NCBI GenBank assembly: GCA_047601445.1
Contig: JASGJH010000001.1
Coordinates: 3,680,001 to 3,744,000, forward strand
Direction: 5' to 3'
Source of the DNA: Myxococcales bacterium
GTDB lineage: Bacteria; Myxococcota_A; Polyangia; Polyangiales; DASUME01
DNA: 64,000 nucleotides
The position numbers and the translations under genes are program-made. Every line of letters starts with the position of its first letter. Position 1 is the stretch's first letter. The notes beneath the pieces were generated by a model. That model ran no database searches. It saw only the letters and a list, made by a program, of their open reading frames with translations, and was not told the origin of the DNA. Of the stretch, positions 29,292 through 37,894 are shown piece after piece.

Positions 29292-30434
29292 GACCTCGTC
29301 GACCCTGCGCAGATAGCGCGTGGCGGGGTTCTCCCGACGCCAGATCACCGTGTCCATGAAGTAGTGGTGGATGTTCACGAAGGCGTAGAACGTGGCGAAA
29401 TAGGGAGTCGGCCCCAGCGCCGCGCGCGTGTTCGCGCTGGGCAGGTTGCCGTCCATCGCCTGCGGTCCCCCACGAAACAAGAGCCAGCCCAGTGCGACCG
29501 CTGACACCGCGAGCCAGCCCAGGCGCACGGAGACAGGCTTCTCGAACCAGGGCGGGCCTTCCCTTTCCTGGGCCTCGGCGCGCTTGAGCAACCACACCAT
29601 GTACAAGTACTGCAGCGAGTGCAGCGCAGGGATCGCATAGCGCACGAGGGGATCGAGGCTCGAATACACCGACCACAACCAGATGCTCGAGAGGTACGCC
29701 AGGAGCGGCGTGAGCGGGGGCAGCTGCCTCTGGCGGCGCCAGCGCGCGACGAGGGTCCAGCACAGCACCGCGAAGGTCGCCAGGAAGATCAGCTGGGTGA
29801 CACGTTCGAGCCCGACGGGGTGCGCGAAGGTCACGTAGGGAACCCCCTTCTCTTCCAGGCTGCGTCCCGGGTCCGCCGGGCTCGCCCAGGCGTAAGCCCA
29901 GCCCGCATAGGCATGCGCGAGCAAGCTGGTGCGCTCTGCCGAACCGAAGAAGAACGAGCGCCGCGCCGCGAGCACGGTCAGCACGCCGAAGCCTTGCTTG
30001 ACGTAGTGCCAGCCCACCAGCAGGAACATCAACTGGATCAAGAGCCCCAGGCTCCACACCGAGGGCGCGAGCAAGGCGTAAAGCCCCCATGCCGCGAGCA
30101 CGAGCGGCACCAGCAGTCCCACGACCAGATAGCGGACCCGCTGGGCCCCGACGAACTCGGGCCCCATGCTGCGCGCACGAATCCCGCGGTAGAACAGGAG
30201 ATAGGTCACCGCGAAATGCGGGTCGTTGATCACGTGGGCGGCCCAAAACATGGTGAACCCCACCATGAGTTCGGCCTCGTCGAGCCCGAAGGCACCCCGC
30301 AGCGCGTAGGAGAGCCCGAACAGGAACGGCGTGGCTCCCCCCACCAGCAGGAACTCCACCAGGTTCGCGGACCAGGGTCGTCTCTCCCGGGCCGCGAGTC
30401 CGGCATCCTCCAGGGTGGCCGACAGGCTCGTCAT
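29277..30434 (-). CDS. Uncharacterised polytopic membrane protein with conserved-looking His motifs (putative metalloenzyme)
   Basis: About 8-9 TM; NDPHF..TY, WHYVKQGFG, HSLQY, NIHHYFMD..IWR; co-oriented downstream of the peptide trio. Confidence 0.75.
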   Translation of the reverse strand: MTSLSATLEDAGLAARERRPWSANLVEFLLVGGATPFLFGLSYALRGAFGLDEAELMVGFTMFWAAHVINDPHFAVTYLLFYRGIRARSMGPEFVGAQRVRYLVVGLLVPLVLAAWGLYALLAPSVWSLGLLIQLMFLLVGWHYVKQGFGVLTVLAARRSFFFGSAERTSLLAHAYAGWAYAWASPADPGRSLEEKGVPYVTFAHPVGLERVTQLIFLATFAVLCWTLVARWRRQRQLPPLTPLLAYLSSIWLWSVYSSLDPLVRYAIPALHSLQYLYMVWLLKRAEAQEREGPPWFEKPVSVRLGWLAVSAVALGWLLFRGGPQAMDGNLPSANTRAALGPTPYFATFYAFVNIHHYFMDTVIWRRENPATRYLRRVDEVSLAE

Positions 30435-30559
30435 CGCCGAGCATGCTGCCTGAAGTCGGGCGGGCTTGCCAGCGTGAGCCGCCGGCCTCCAAATGGCCGA
30501 GCTCGCACGTGGCCTGGCTGTGACCAGGACCACGTACGAGCTCGTGAACCCAAGAGAGA

Positions 30560-30576
30560 TGCGGTCAGAGACCGCA
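30560..30576 (-). terminator. Stem-loop downstream of the third peptide gene (terminator, attenuator or stabiliser)
   Basis: tgcggtc/gaccgca stem followed by a pyrimidine run (tctctctt) on the minus strand. Confidence 0.45.
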
Positions 30577-30591
30577 CCGCTCATCGGCTTC

Positions 30592-30780
30592 TCAGCCAAC
30601 CTCGTTGAGCACGTTGCCGATGTAGCTCAGCACGTCGCCCACGTGGGTGTTGGCAGCGATGAAGCTGGCAACGTTGATGTTGTTGCAGTTGACCGAGCCG
30701 TTGCCGATGTCGGCAAGGCCACCGGCCACGGACTCAAGAGCAGACTCTTCGACGGACACGAACTGGATGGCGTTCTTCAT
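30592..30780 (-). CDS. Double-glycine-leader secreted peptide C (62 aa)
   Basis: MKNAIQFVSVEESALESVAGG|LADIGNGSVNCNNINV...; AGGAG RBS after an A-rich stretch; paralog of the two upstream genes. Confidence 0.88.
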   Translation of the reverse strand: MKNAIQFVSVEESALESVAGGLADIGNGSVNCNNINVASFIAANTHVGDVLSYIGNVLNEVG

Positions 30781-30891
30781 GGTGATTTCTCCTGATGCTT
30801 TTTAATGTCTTTGGGTTGTTTGCTTGATTTCAGTGACTTGATTCAGTGCAGTACTCAGAAACCTGGAACGACCTATTGGGTCGTCCGGAGC

Positions 30892-31116
30892 TCAGCAGAG
30901 CGGGCCTTCGCCGCCCACGGGGCAGCAGCTGCTCACGTCGTTGAGGATGTTCAGGATGTAGCTGCCGACGTCGCCCACCGAGGTGTTGGCGCTGAGGAAG
31001 CTAGCCACGTTGATGTTGTTGTGGTTCACCGAGCCGTTGCCGATGTCGGCAAGGCCGCCGGCCACGGACTCCAGCGCAGACTCTTCGACGGACACGAACT
31101 GGATGGCGTTCTTCAT
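30892..31116 (-). CDS. Double-glycine-leader secreted peptide B (74 aa)
   Basis: Leader identical to peptide C; core LADIGNGSVNHNNINV...SSCCPVGGEGPLC; AGGAG RBS. Confidence 0.88.
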   Translation of the reverse strand: MKNAIQFVSVEESALESVAGGLADIGNGSVNHNNINVASFLSANTSVGDVGSYILNILNDVSSCCPVGGEGPLC

Positions 31117-31186
31117 GATGATCTCTCCTGTGCGTTCTTTGATTCGAGCGTTGGTTATCGAGCGTTGAACTGCGGAAAACTTGGGC

Positions 31187-31417
31187 TCAGTCGGTGGGCT
31201 GAGCAGAGGAGCCGCAACCGCCGCCACAGCCGTGGACCTGATTGAGCACGTTGAGCAGCACGCTGGCGACGTCGCCGAGACCGGTGTTGATGGTCACGTT
31301 GCTGAGCACGTTGATGTTGTTGCCGTTGAGCGAGCCGTTGAGGACGTCGGCGAGGCCGCCGGACACGCTCTCGAGGGCCTGCTCATCGACGGACACGAAC
31401 TGGATCTGCGTGGTCAT
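31187..31417 (-). CDS. Double-glycine-leader secreted peptide A (76 aa)
   Basis: MTTQIQFVSVDEQALESVSGG|LADVLNGSLNGNNINV...HGCGGGCGSSAQPTD; AGGAG RBS. Confidence 0.88.
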   Translation of the reverse strand: MTTQIQFVSVDEQALESVSGGLADVLNGSLNGNNINVLSNVTINTGLGDVASVLLNVLNQVHGCGGGCGSSAQPTD

Positions 31418-31518
31418 GGTGATTGCTCCTGGTTGCTTGGGTGTTGGTTCTCGTGTGCGAGCTCGAGTCAGCCGGACCGCGAATCTGCTCGTCGTCCTCA
31501 GCGTCTCGTGACCAGGTG

Positions 31519-31538
31519 CTTGAGCAGGAGTCGTGCCG
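31519..31538 (-). promoter_or_regulatory. Sigma-54 (-24/-12) type promoter for the peptide trio
   Basis: CGGCACG-ACTC-CTGCT(CAAG), GG-N10-GC spacing, about 100 nt upstream of the ATG; 18/20 identical to 61425-61444. Confidence 0.75.
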
Positions 31539-32043
31539 GGTCGCACACGAGGGCACGGCTTCGCACGCAGGCGAGCGACGAGTTCGATCGCATCGCGCGC
31601 ACGTCAGCGCACGGTTCGGCACGGGTTCGCGCACTTGCACCGCGGCGGCGTTCCCAACTGCGTGCAGGCGGTTCGAGCGTTCGCCGGGCGCCGGGTCCGC
31701 GCGCGCACTTGCAGGGGGCCGCCGTTTGATGAAGCAGCTCACAGCCGGCGGCCCGTGAGGTCAAGGCGGTTGGCGGCGGAGCCGCTAGCCATGGCGACTA
31801 GCGAGGTGGCCGCCACTCGAGCCCAGGCCCCGAAGCCTCCCTCTAAACGCCGATCAAGTGAGGCACTTTGGCCTTGTTCAACGGGAGGCACGCGCCACTC
31901 CCGCCCGTCGCGGCGAAGCCGCGCCCCGGACCCACCCTCCGCGGGGTTCGTTGCGCTCACGAAATCCGTTGAGGTCTGGGCACCTTCGGCCCGGGTCTTC
32001 GACGAGAACTTGTCAGGGGTGCCATCCCCGCTCACTCTCGTGA

Positions 32044-34059
32044 TTGGTGCCCGATCGGATCCTTCGCTTTTGTGCCGTGCTCGTCGCTCTTTCGGCTGCC
32101 TGTGGTGGCCCCCAGGCCGCTCCGAGCGGCCCGCAGCCCACGACCCGCAACCCGTCCCAGCCCGCCCCCACGCAAGCCGTGAGCCCCGGGGCGCAAGCCC
32201 CCTTGGCGGCGCGCCCGGACCTGCCGCCCGGCGAGCGCGCGCTGCTGATCGAGAATGGCGAGGAGCGCTGGGTCGACGCCAAGGCCGCCGAAGCCGCCGG
32301 CTACACGCTGGTGGACCTGAGTGACAACTGGACCCCGCTGATCTTCCGCGAAGAGCGCTCGGACACCGGGGAGCCACTGCCGAACCGCTACCGTCGCGTG
32401 TTCCTGGGCCTGGCCAACGATGAGCTCGACGGCGACGGCGTCCCGCTCGAGCCGGGCCGCAAGAACTACCTGGAACTCTACGGCATCTTCCCGTCGCTCT
32501 CGGTGCTGCGGGCGCGCTTCCTCGGCAGCGTCGACAGCACCTGCCACGATCAGGAGAGCGTCGACGTGCTGTCGGCGGTGGAGACCGTTTCCTACGTTGC
32601 TCCCAAGAACATCGAGAAGGAGGCGCGCAAGCTGGCCCGCGTGCAGGCCGAGCTCGACGCGGCGCTCAAGCGGGAGAAGCTCGCCAGCCTGGCGGAGCTC
32701 GCGCAGGCGGCCCCCCAACTCGTCCCCAAGATCGAGCTCGTCGAGAAGCGCGCTGCCGAGAAGCTCGCCATGGCCGCGGTGGAGCGCCGCCTCACCTGCG
32801 AAGGGCTCTTGAGTCCCACGAGCAAGCACAAGACCGGCATCTACGACGAGCCGATGCGGATCGCGGTGCGGCAGTTCCAGCAGAAGAACATGATCTACGA
32901 GGCCAACTTCCTGCGGCGTCAGACCGTGGACGCGCTGGCCCGACCTCCGCTCGACAATGACTACGACAGCCTGGTGCGCAGCATCCGCGAACGCGTGATC
33001 TCGGCCGCTGGCATCATCGAGGACGGCACGGGTGGCACGCCGAAGAACCCGGCGCTCGACCTCGCTGGCGAGTACACCAAGTTGACACTCGAGCAACTGG
33101 GCCTGAGCGACGCCCAAACCACGGTGGCCTTCTACAAGCGCCACGAGCCGCCCGAGTTCGAGACCTTGCGCGCGGCCATCAAGCTGCCAGCGCGGCCCGA
33201 GTACTACTCGGATCACATGGAGCTCTCCATCGTGGTCGACCGCGGGGACGTCTGGTACGACCTCCCGTTCGACGCCGCCGGCAATTTCAAGCTGCCCGTC
33301 CGCAAGCGCTACCCGTCGCTCTCGCTGATGATGACCTACGGAGGCAAGACCTTCCCGCTCGCGCGCTGGCGCAGCACCATCGGTGGTTGGCGCGCGGAGC
33401 AGGCCAGCGATGGCTACGAATACTTCCGCTACAAGATGTCCGACGTGGGCCCGCGTGTGATCCGCCAGGTCGTCTCGGGTCCGGTCTGGATCGCCCCGGC
33501 GTCCACCCCCATCCGCACCCTGGTGAAGAACAAGACGGTGAACCACGCCATGACCAAGGTGGTGAACTACGACGAGCTCGGGCCAGGCTTCCTGTCGGCG
33601 TACGGCGTGGTGGCCGGTTACTTCGTGACGCCCGGGCTCAACGGCCGCCCCGACTTCGACAACGGCGTGCGCGCCCACGGCTCGTCGGATTACCTCTCCA
33701 TCTACAGCCCGAACGGCTTCTCGCACGGCTGCCACCGGTTGCCCAACCACATCGCGGTCCGCCTCTACTCGTTCATCCTGGGGCATCGCAAGCGCGTGGT
33801 CGCGGGCGACCAACCGCTCGGTTTCTCGCGCCAATTCCTGTCGGGCGAGACCGTCTACGAGATGCGCATTCCCTCGCGCGGCTACGCCTACTACCTCGAC
33901 CCGCCGCTCCCCGTGGAGGTGCTCGAAGGGACCATCAAGGGCGACCAGAAAAAGCCGATCATCGGCTACATCCCCAAGCCCAACGAACGCTACCCGGGCC
34001 CGCCGCCCCCTGCCCCGGATAGTCCCGAAGCCAAGGCCGGCGGAGGCGGTGAAGAATGA
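32044..34059 (+). CDS. L,D-transpeptidase (YkuD) family lipoprotein with a peptidoglycan-binding domain
   Basis: AAC lipobox; GIYD..MR.AVRQFQ PG-binding motif; P.W..P; RAHGS...SHGCHRL catalytic motif. Confidence 0.85.
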   Translation: MVPDRILRFCAVLVALSAACGGPQAAPSGPQPTTRNPSQPAPTQAVSPGAQAPLAARPDLPPGERALLIENGEERWVDAKAAEAAGYTLVDLSDNWTPLIFREERSDTGEPLPNRYRRVFLGLANDELDGDGVPLEPGRKNYLELYGIFPSLSVLRARFLGSVDSTCHDQESVDVLSAVETVSYVAPKNIEKEARKLARVQAELDAALKREKLASLAELAQAAPQLVPKIELVEKRAAEKLAMAAVERRLTCEGLLSPTSKHKTGIYDEPMRIAVRQFQQKNMIYEANFLRRQTVDALARPPLDNDYDSLVRSIRERVISAAGIIEDGTGGTPKNPALDLAGEYTKLTLEQLGLSDAQTTVAFYKRHEPPEFETLRAAIKLPARPEYYSDHMELSIVVDRGDVWYDLPFDAAGNFKLPVRKRYPSLSLMMTYGGKTFPLARWRSTIGGWRAEQASDGYEYFRYKMSDVGPRVIRQVVSGPVWIAPASTPIRTLVKNKTVNHAMTKVVNYDELGPGFLSAYGVVAGYFVTPGLNGRPDFDNGVRAHGSSDYLSIYSPNGFSHGCHRLPNHIAVRLYSFILGHRKRVVAGDQPLGFSRQFLSGETVYEMRIPSRGYAYYLDPPLPVEVLEGTIKGDQKKPIIGYIPKPNERYPGPPPPAPDSPEAKAGGGGEE

Positions 34060-34652
34060 ACCTGCTCTCCTTCAAGACACGAGCCCTCTGCTTCGGCGTG
34101 GCCGGGGTGTGCGCGCTCTCGGGCCTGCTCTTGATGCGCCCGAGCAACGTAGCTGCCACGCCCCCGAGCTCGCCCGCTCCAGCGCAGCTGCAGGCGCTGC
34201 AGACGCCGCCTATGGGCACCGGCGTGGACGCCGGCACCGAGTCCCAGTCGGCGACCACGGCCACCATCAGCTTCGCGACCTCGCCGCCCGTGACCGCCAT
34301 GGTGTTCTGGGGCAAGAAGAACATCGGCAAGATCACCGCGAGCAAGCCGCTCGTGATCGTGAGGCCCCGAGACAGCGGCCCGCTCGACGTGATCGTGCGC
34401 ACCAAGAACTATCTCCCGGTGCAGACCCGTGCCCACACGTTCTCGGACCAGCGCGTGGTCGTGAAGCTCACGCCACCGGACAAGATGAACGAGCTGCTCG
34501 GCTACAAGGCGCCGCTCGACGCGGGCGTGGCGATGGAGCAGGAGGTTGCCCTCGAGGCCATGGCCGATGGAGGCGTCGCGGCCCCCGCGGCTACGCCGAC
34601 CTTCCAGGTCGTTCCAAGCGCCCCGGTGCAGACGCCGCTCCTGAGCCCATAA
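34056..34652 (+). CDS. Hypothetical membrane-anchored protein (PEGA-like domain)
   Basis: ATGA overlap with the upstream gene; N-terminal TM; TSPPVTA.V.WG beta domain. Confidence 0.7.
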   Translation: MNLLSFKTRALCFGVAGVCALSGLLLMRPSNVAATPPSSPAPAQLQALQTPPMGTGVDAGTESQSATTATISFATSPPVTAMVFWGKKNIGKITASKPLVIVRPRDSGPLDVIVRTKNYLPVQTRAHTFSDQRVVVKLTPPDKMNELLGYKAPLDAGVAMEQEVALEAMADGGVAAPAATPTFQVVPSAPVQTPLLSP

Positions 34653-34666
34653 CCTCCCTCCCTGGA

Positions 34667-34702
34667 TGGTCGTGGTCGCTCAGCCAGCTACGACCACGAC
34701 CA
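34667..34702. terminator. Hairpin between convergent genes
   Basis: tggtcgtggtcg / cgaccacgacca 12-bp arms. Confidence 0.5.
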
Positions 34703-34721
34703 CGACCAACGGAATCGGGGC

Positions 34722-35462
34722 CTAGCGGCGGCGCGGCGCGCTGACGAGGATGCGGATGGCGGCGGCGGCCTTGTCGACGCCCGACTCGCGCTCGGCGGGC
34801 ACGTCCCCGTACAAGAAGGCCTCGCCAATGCGCACGATGACGTAGGACAGCGTGTCCACGTCGAGCTCGGGCTCGATTTCGCCGGCCGCCTCGAGCTCCC
34901 CCAACCAAACGCGATGGATGTCGATGCAGCGCCGTTGCACCGGGCTCGAGTTGGAGGTGAGCACACGGATGGCAAACTCGGGGTCCTGCGCGATGAAGCG
35001 CCTGAGCGGCTCGAACTGCACCAGCCGCAACATCACGTGGCGCGCCACTGCGGCCACTCCCTCGGCCCCCTTGCCCTCGATCTTGCGGCGGGCGCGCTCC
35101 ATCTCCTGGACGTAGCTGGCGGACAGGATTTCCCCGTAGAGTTGCTCCCGACTGCCGACCCAGCGGAACAAGGTGGCCCGTCCCACGCCCAGCTCCTTGG
35201 CGAGCCGACCGATGTCGAGCCGCTCGCCTGCCAGCCACTTGCTGCGCGAGAGGGCGAAGAGGTCGAGGGGCGTGACACGCGCGGAGCGACGCTGGTTGCG
35301 CAGCGTGCGCGCGAGCGGAGTGGCCTCGGATGCCTCGGGGGATGGAACGGAAGCGAGTCGAGGGCGCTCGGGCTGAGCGGGCTCCGGGTCCTGCCGACGC
35401 GGGCGGCCGGGCGCCGGCTCCCTACGGGCTGCGTGAGTCGTTTTCTTACTGCGATTCGCCAC
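34722..35462 (-). CDS. TetR/QsdR family transcriptional regulator
   Basis: LAKELGVGRATLFRWVGSRE HTH; LSYVIVRIGEAFLYGD; start uncertain. Confidence 0.85.
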   Translation of the reverse strand: MANRSKKTTHAARREPAPGRPRRQDPEPAQPERPRLASVPSPEASEATPLARTLRNQRRSARVTPLDLFALSRSKWLAGERLDIGRLAKELGVGRATLFRWVGSREQLYGEILSASYVQEMERARRKIEGKGAEGVAAVARHVMLRLVQFEPLRRFIAQDPEFAIRVLTSNSSPVQRRCIDIHRVWLGELEAAGEIEPELDVDTLSYVIVRIGEAFLYGDVPAERESGVDKAAAAIRILVSAPRRR

Positions 35463-35609
35463 TACAAAACCTCGTCGGCTCGCTCGGTCCGCGCCCGGCA
35501 CGCATTCAGCCCGCAAAAAGCCAGCAGCACTGTTGATCTGGGTGCCCCGGTCTACGCACGCCGTCAAGTCATTATTGCAATTCGAACCAATATGATTCAT
35601 TTCTCCCTT

Positions 35610-36647
35610 ATGACTCATCCGGTCCTTTCACGCGTGGATCGGGCCCTCGGGCCGCGCATGCTGCTGGTGACGCCGGAGGACGAGGCGCCCGAGCTGTTGG
35701 TCTCGCGAACCCTGCTCCAACCCTTCGGCGAGCTCGCGCGGCTCGGACCGGAGTCTGGCATCGGCTCGCGCGTCCCGTTGAGCGCGATCAATCGTTGGCT
35801 CGAGGACCTCGACTGCGAAGCTGGCCTGCGAGCGCTCGAACGCTTCGAGGTAGGCACTGGGGATGTCACGGAATATCTCGCAGCCTCTTCTGCTTCATGG
35901 GGAGAGGCCCTCGAAGTCATCATCCGCTACGCCCGACTGCTCTCCGACGCGGCAGATTTCTGCCTGCACGAGCACGCCGAGCGCGCTGTGTTCGAGCTGC
36001 GCACCCGGGCCCGCATCGGCCGCCCGCTGGGCGACTTCCAGGTGGGTCTGTTGGCGCTCGCCGCGCGCAGCTGGCTCGGCCATCTGCAGAGCTTCGAGTT
36101 CTGGTTCGCGCATCCGCGCCCACACGACCTGGGCGACTACACGCGCATCTTCGGCCTCTCGCCCTTGCGCTTCGACGCGCCCTGCGATGCGGTCGTGTTC
36201 GACCGGGCGCTGCTCAAGACGCCGCTCAAGGAGTCGAATCAGCGCCTTCACGCGGTGCTCCGCCGCCACGCCGACAGCCTGCTCTCCGAGCTGCCACCGC
36301 TCGACCTTTTGACGGGTCGCGTGCGCGAGCTGGTGCTGCAGCTGTTGCCCGTGGGCAAGAGCGACGTGAGGTACGCCGCCGAGCGGCTCAACATGAGCCG
36401 ACGCACCCTGGCGCGACGCTTGAAGACCGAGGGGGCGAGCTATCGCGAGGTGGTGGAAGAGGCGCGCCACACACTGGCCCGACGCTACCTCGCGCTGCCG
36501 AACCTCGACGTGAAGGAGATCGCCTTCCTGCTGGGATACTCCGAGACCGCGGCGTTCTCGCGCGCGTTCCGCCGCTGGGCCGGTCAGAGTCCGCTGCAAT
36601 ACCGCGAGAGCCACATGAAGACCCCGCGCGTGGCAGCGGGACGCTGA
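35610..36647 (+). CDS. AraC family transcriptional regulator
   Basis: EIAFLLGYSETAAFSRAFRRWAG. Confidence 0.9.
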   Translation: MTHPVLSRVDRALGPRMLLVTPEDEAPELLVSRTLLQPFGELARLGPESGIGSRVPLSAINRWLEDLDCEAGLRALERFEVGTGDVTEYLAASSASWGEALEVIIRYARLLSDAADFCLHEHAERAVFELRTRARIGRPLGDFQVGLLALAARSWLGHLQSFEFWFAHPRPHDLGDYTRIFGLSPLRFDAPCDAVVFDRALLKTPLKESNQRLHAVLRRHADSLLSELPPLDLLTGRVRELVLQLLPVGKSDVRYAAERLNMSRRTLARRLKTEGASYREVVEEARHTLARRYLALPNLDVKEIAFLLGYSETAAFSRAFRRWAGQSPLQYRESHMKTPRVAAGR

Positions 36648-36652
36648 CGAAC

Positions 36653-37210
36653 TCAGCGCCCGGCGAGCAGGGCTTCGATCAGGATGCGCAGGCTCGGCGC
36701 GGCGAAGCCGGCGGTCTTGCGCGGCGCGAAGGCCCCCAGCACCAGCGCTCCGATGACGAAGGCCAGCACCGCCCCCGCCTGCGACTCGTCGAGTCGGCCC
36801 TCCGAACGCTCCTGGATACTGCCGATCTCGGCGTCGAGGATGCGCCGCACCCGAGCGAACAGGCTCGGGTTGCGCACCGCCTCGGACAGCACGCCCACCC
36901 AACAGCGGGCCGAGGTGACGTCGGCGCGCTCGTCGAGCTTGAGCGCTCCGTCGGCGTAGGCGTACAGCCTGCCTGCCTCGGCTTCGTAGCCGCGCACACG
37001 CCCTCGGAAGCCAGCCACCAGATTCTCCAGCAGCGCCGAGAGCAGCTCCTCCTTGTTGGCGAAGTGATGGTGAATGAGCCCGGGCGCATAGCCGGCGCGC
37101 TCGGCCACGGCGGCCATGGTGGCCCCTGCATAGCCACTCTCCGCCAGGGTCCGTGCGAAGGCCGAAAGGATCTCCGCGCGCCGCTCGAGACGATTGCTCG
37201 GTCTGCCCAT
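36653..37210 (-). CDS. TetR family regulator (BetI-like)
   Basis: ATMAAVAERAG..PGLIHHHFANKEEL. Confidence 0.9.
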   Translation of the reverse strand: MGRPSNRLERRAEILSAFARTLAESGYAGATMAAVAERAGYAPGLIHHHFANKEELLSALLENLVAGFRGRVRGYEAEAGRLYAYADGALKLDERADVTSARCWVGVLSEAVRNPSLFARVRRILDAEIGSIQERSEGRLDESQAGAVLAFVIGALVLGAFAPRKTAGFAAPSLRILIEALLAGR

Positions 37211-37212
37211 AG

Positions 37213-37230
37213 ATTGGTTGAGTAACCAAT
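37213..37230. promoter_or_regulatory. Palindromic operator candidate
   Basis: ATTGGTT-GAGT-AACCAAT in the 42-bp divergent gap next to the TetR start. Confidence 0.65.
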
Positions 37231-37252
37231 TTAATGGCTACAGGCTAGTCCC

Positions 37253-37894
37253 ATGCAGACGCGCTCTCACGGCCTCGACCTCCCGCGCTTCGCCCGTGCC
37301 TGGCGGGCCCTCGGCGCAGAATCTACGCGCGAAATCCCCCAGGCCGCGGAGATCCTGACCGCCCACTACGCGCACCCCGCGCGCGCCTATCACAACGCGG
37401 AGCACATCGGCGAGTGCCTGGCCTGGTTCGACCGGGTGAGCACGCAGCTCGAGCGTCCCACCGAACTCGAGGTCGCGCTGGTATTCCACGACGCCATCTA
37501 TGACCCCTGCGCCCGCGACAACGAGGCGCAGAGCCGCGCTCTGTTCGAGCAGCTCGCCCGCGAGGCCGGCCTGCCCGACACCAGCAGCGCGCGCATCGGG
37601 GCGCTGATCTCCGCGACGGAGCGGCACGCGGCCAGCTCGCACGACGCCGCCTTCATGGTGGACATCGATCTTGCGATCTTGGGCGCGGAGCCGGAGCGCT
37701 ATGCCCGCTTCGAGCGCGACGTGCGAATGGAGTTTGCGTTCCTCGACGACGCCGGCTGGAGCGCTGGCCGCGCGCGTGTACTGCAAGGGTTCCTGGCGCG
37801 CGAGCGACTCTTCGAGACCCCGTTCTTCCGCGAACGCCTGGAACTACGCGCGCGCGCCAACTTGGCTCGCGCCCTGTCGGCTCTTGGAGCCTAG
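37253..37894 (+). CDS. HD-superfamily predicted metal-dependent phosphohydrolase (COG4339-like)
   Basis: RAYHNAEHI, FHDAIYDP, DNE..S, DIDLAILG. Confidence 0.88.
   Translation: MQTRSHGLDLPRFARAWRALGAESTREIPQAAEILTAHYAHPARAYHNAEHIGECLAWFDRVSTQLERPTELEVALVFHDAIYDPCARDNEAQSRALFEQLAREAGLPDTSSARIGALISATERHAASSHDAAFMVDIDLAILGAEPERYARFERDVRMEFAFLDDAGWSAGRARVLQGFLARERLFETPFFRERLELRARANLARALSALGA

Noticed and set aside
30592..31417. Lanthipeptide, thiopeptide or proteusin assignment for the trio
   Set aside because: No LanB/C/M, YcaO or radical SAM gene in the window; the leader is short rather than NHLP/Nif11; no regular Nx5N spacing.
30892..31546. Longer ORF-track starts for peptides A and B (31546, 31227)
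   Set aside because: Internal ATGs at 31417 and 31116 have strong RBSs and give leaders matching peptide C.
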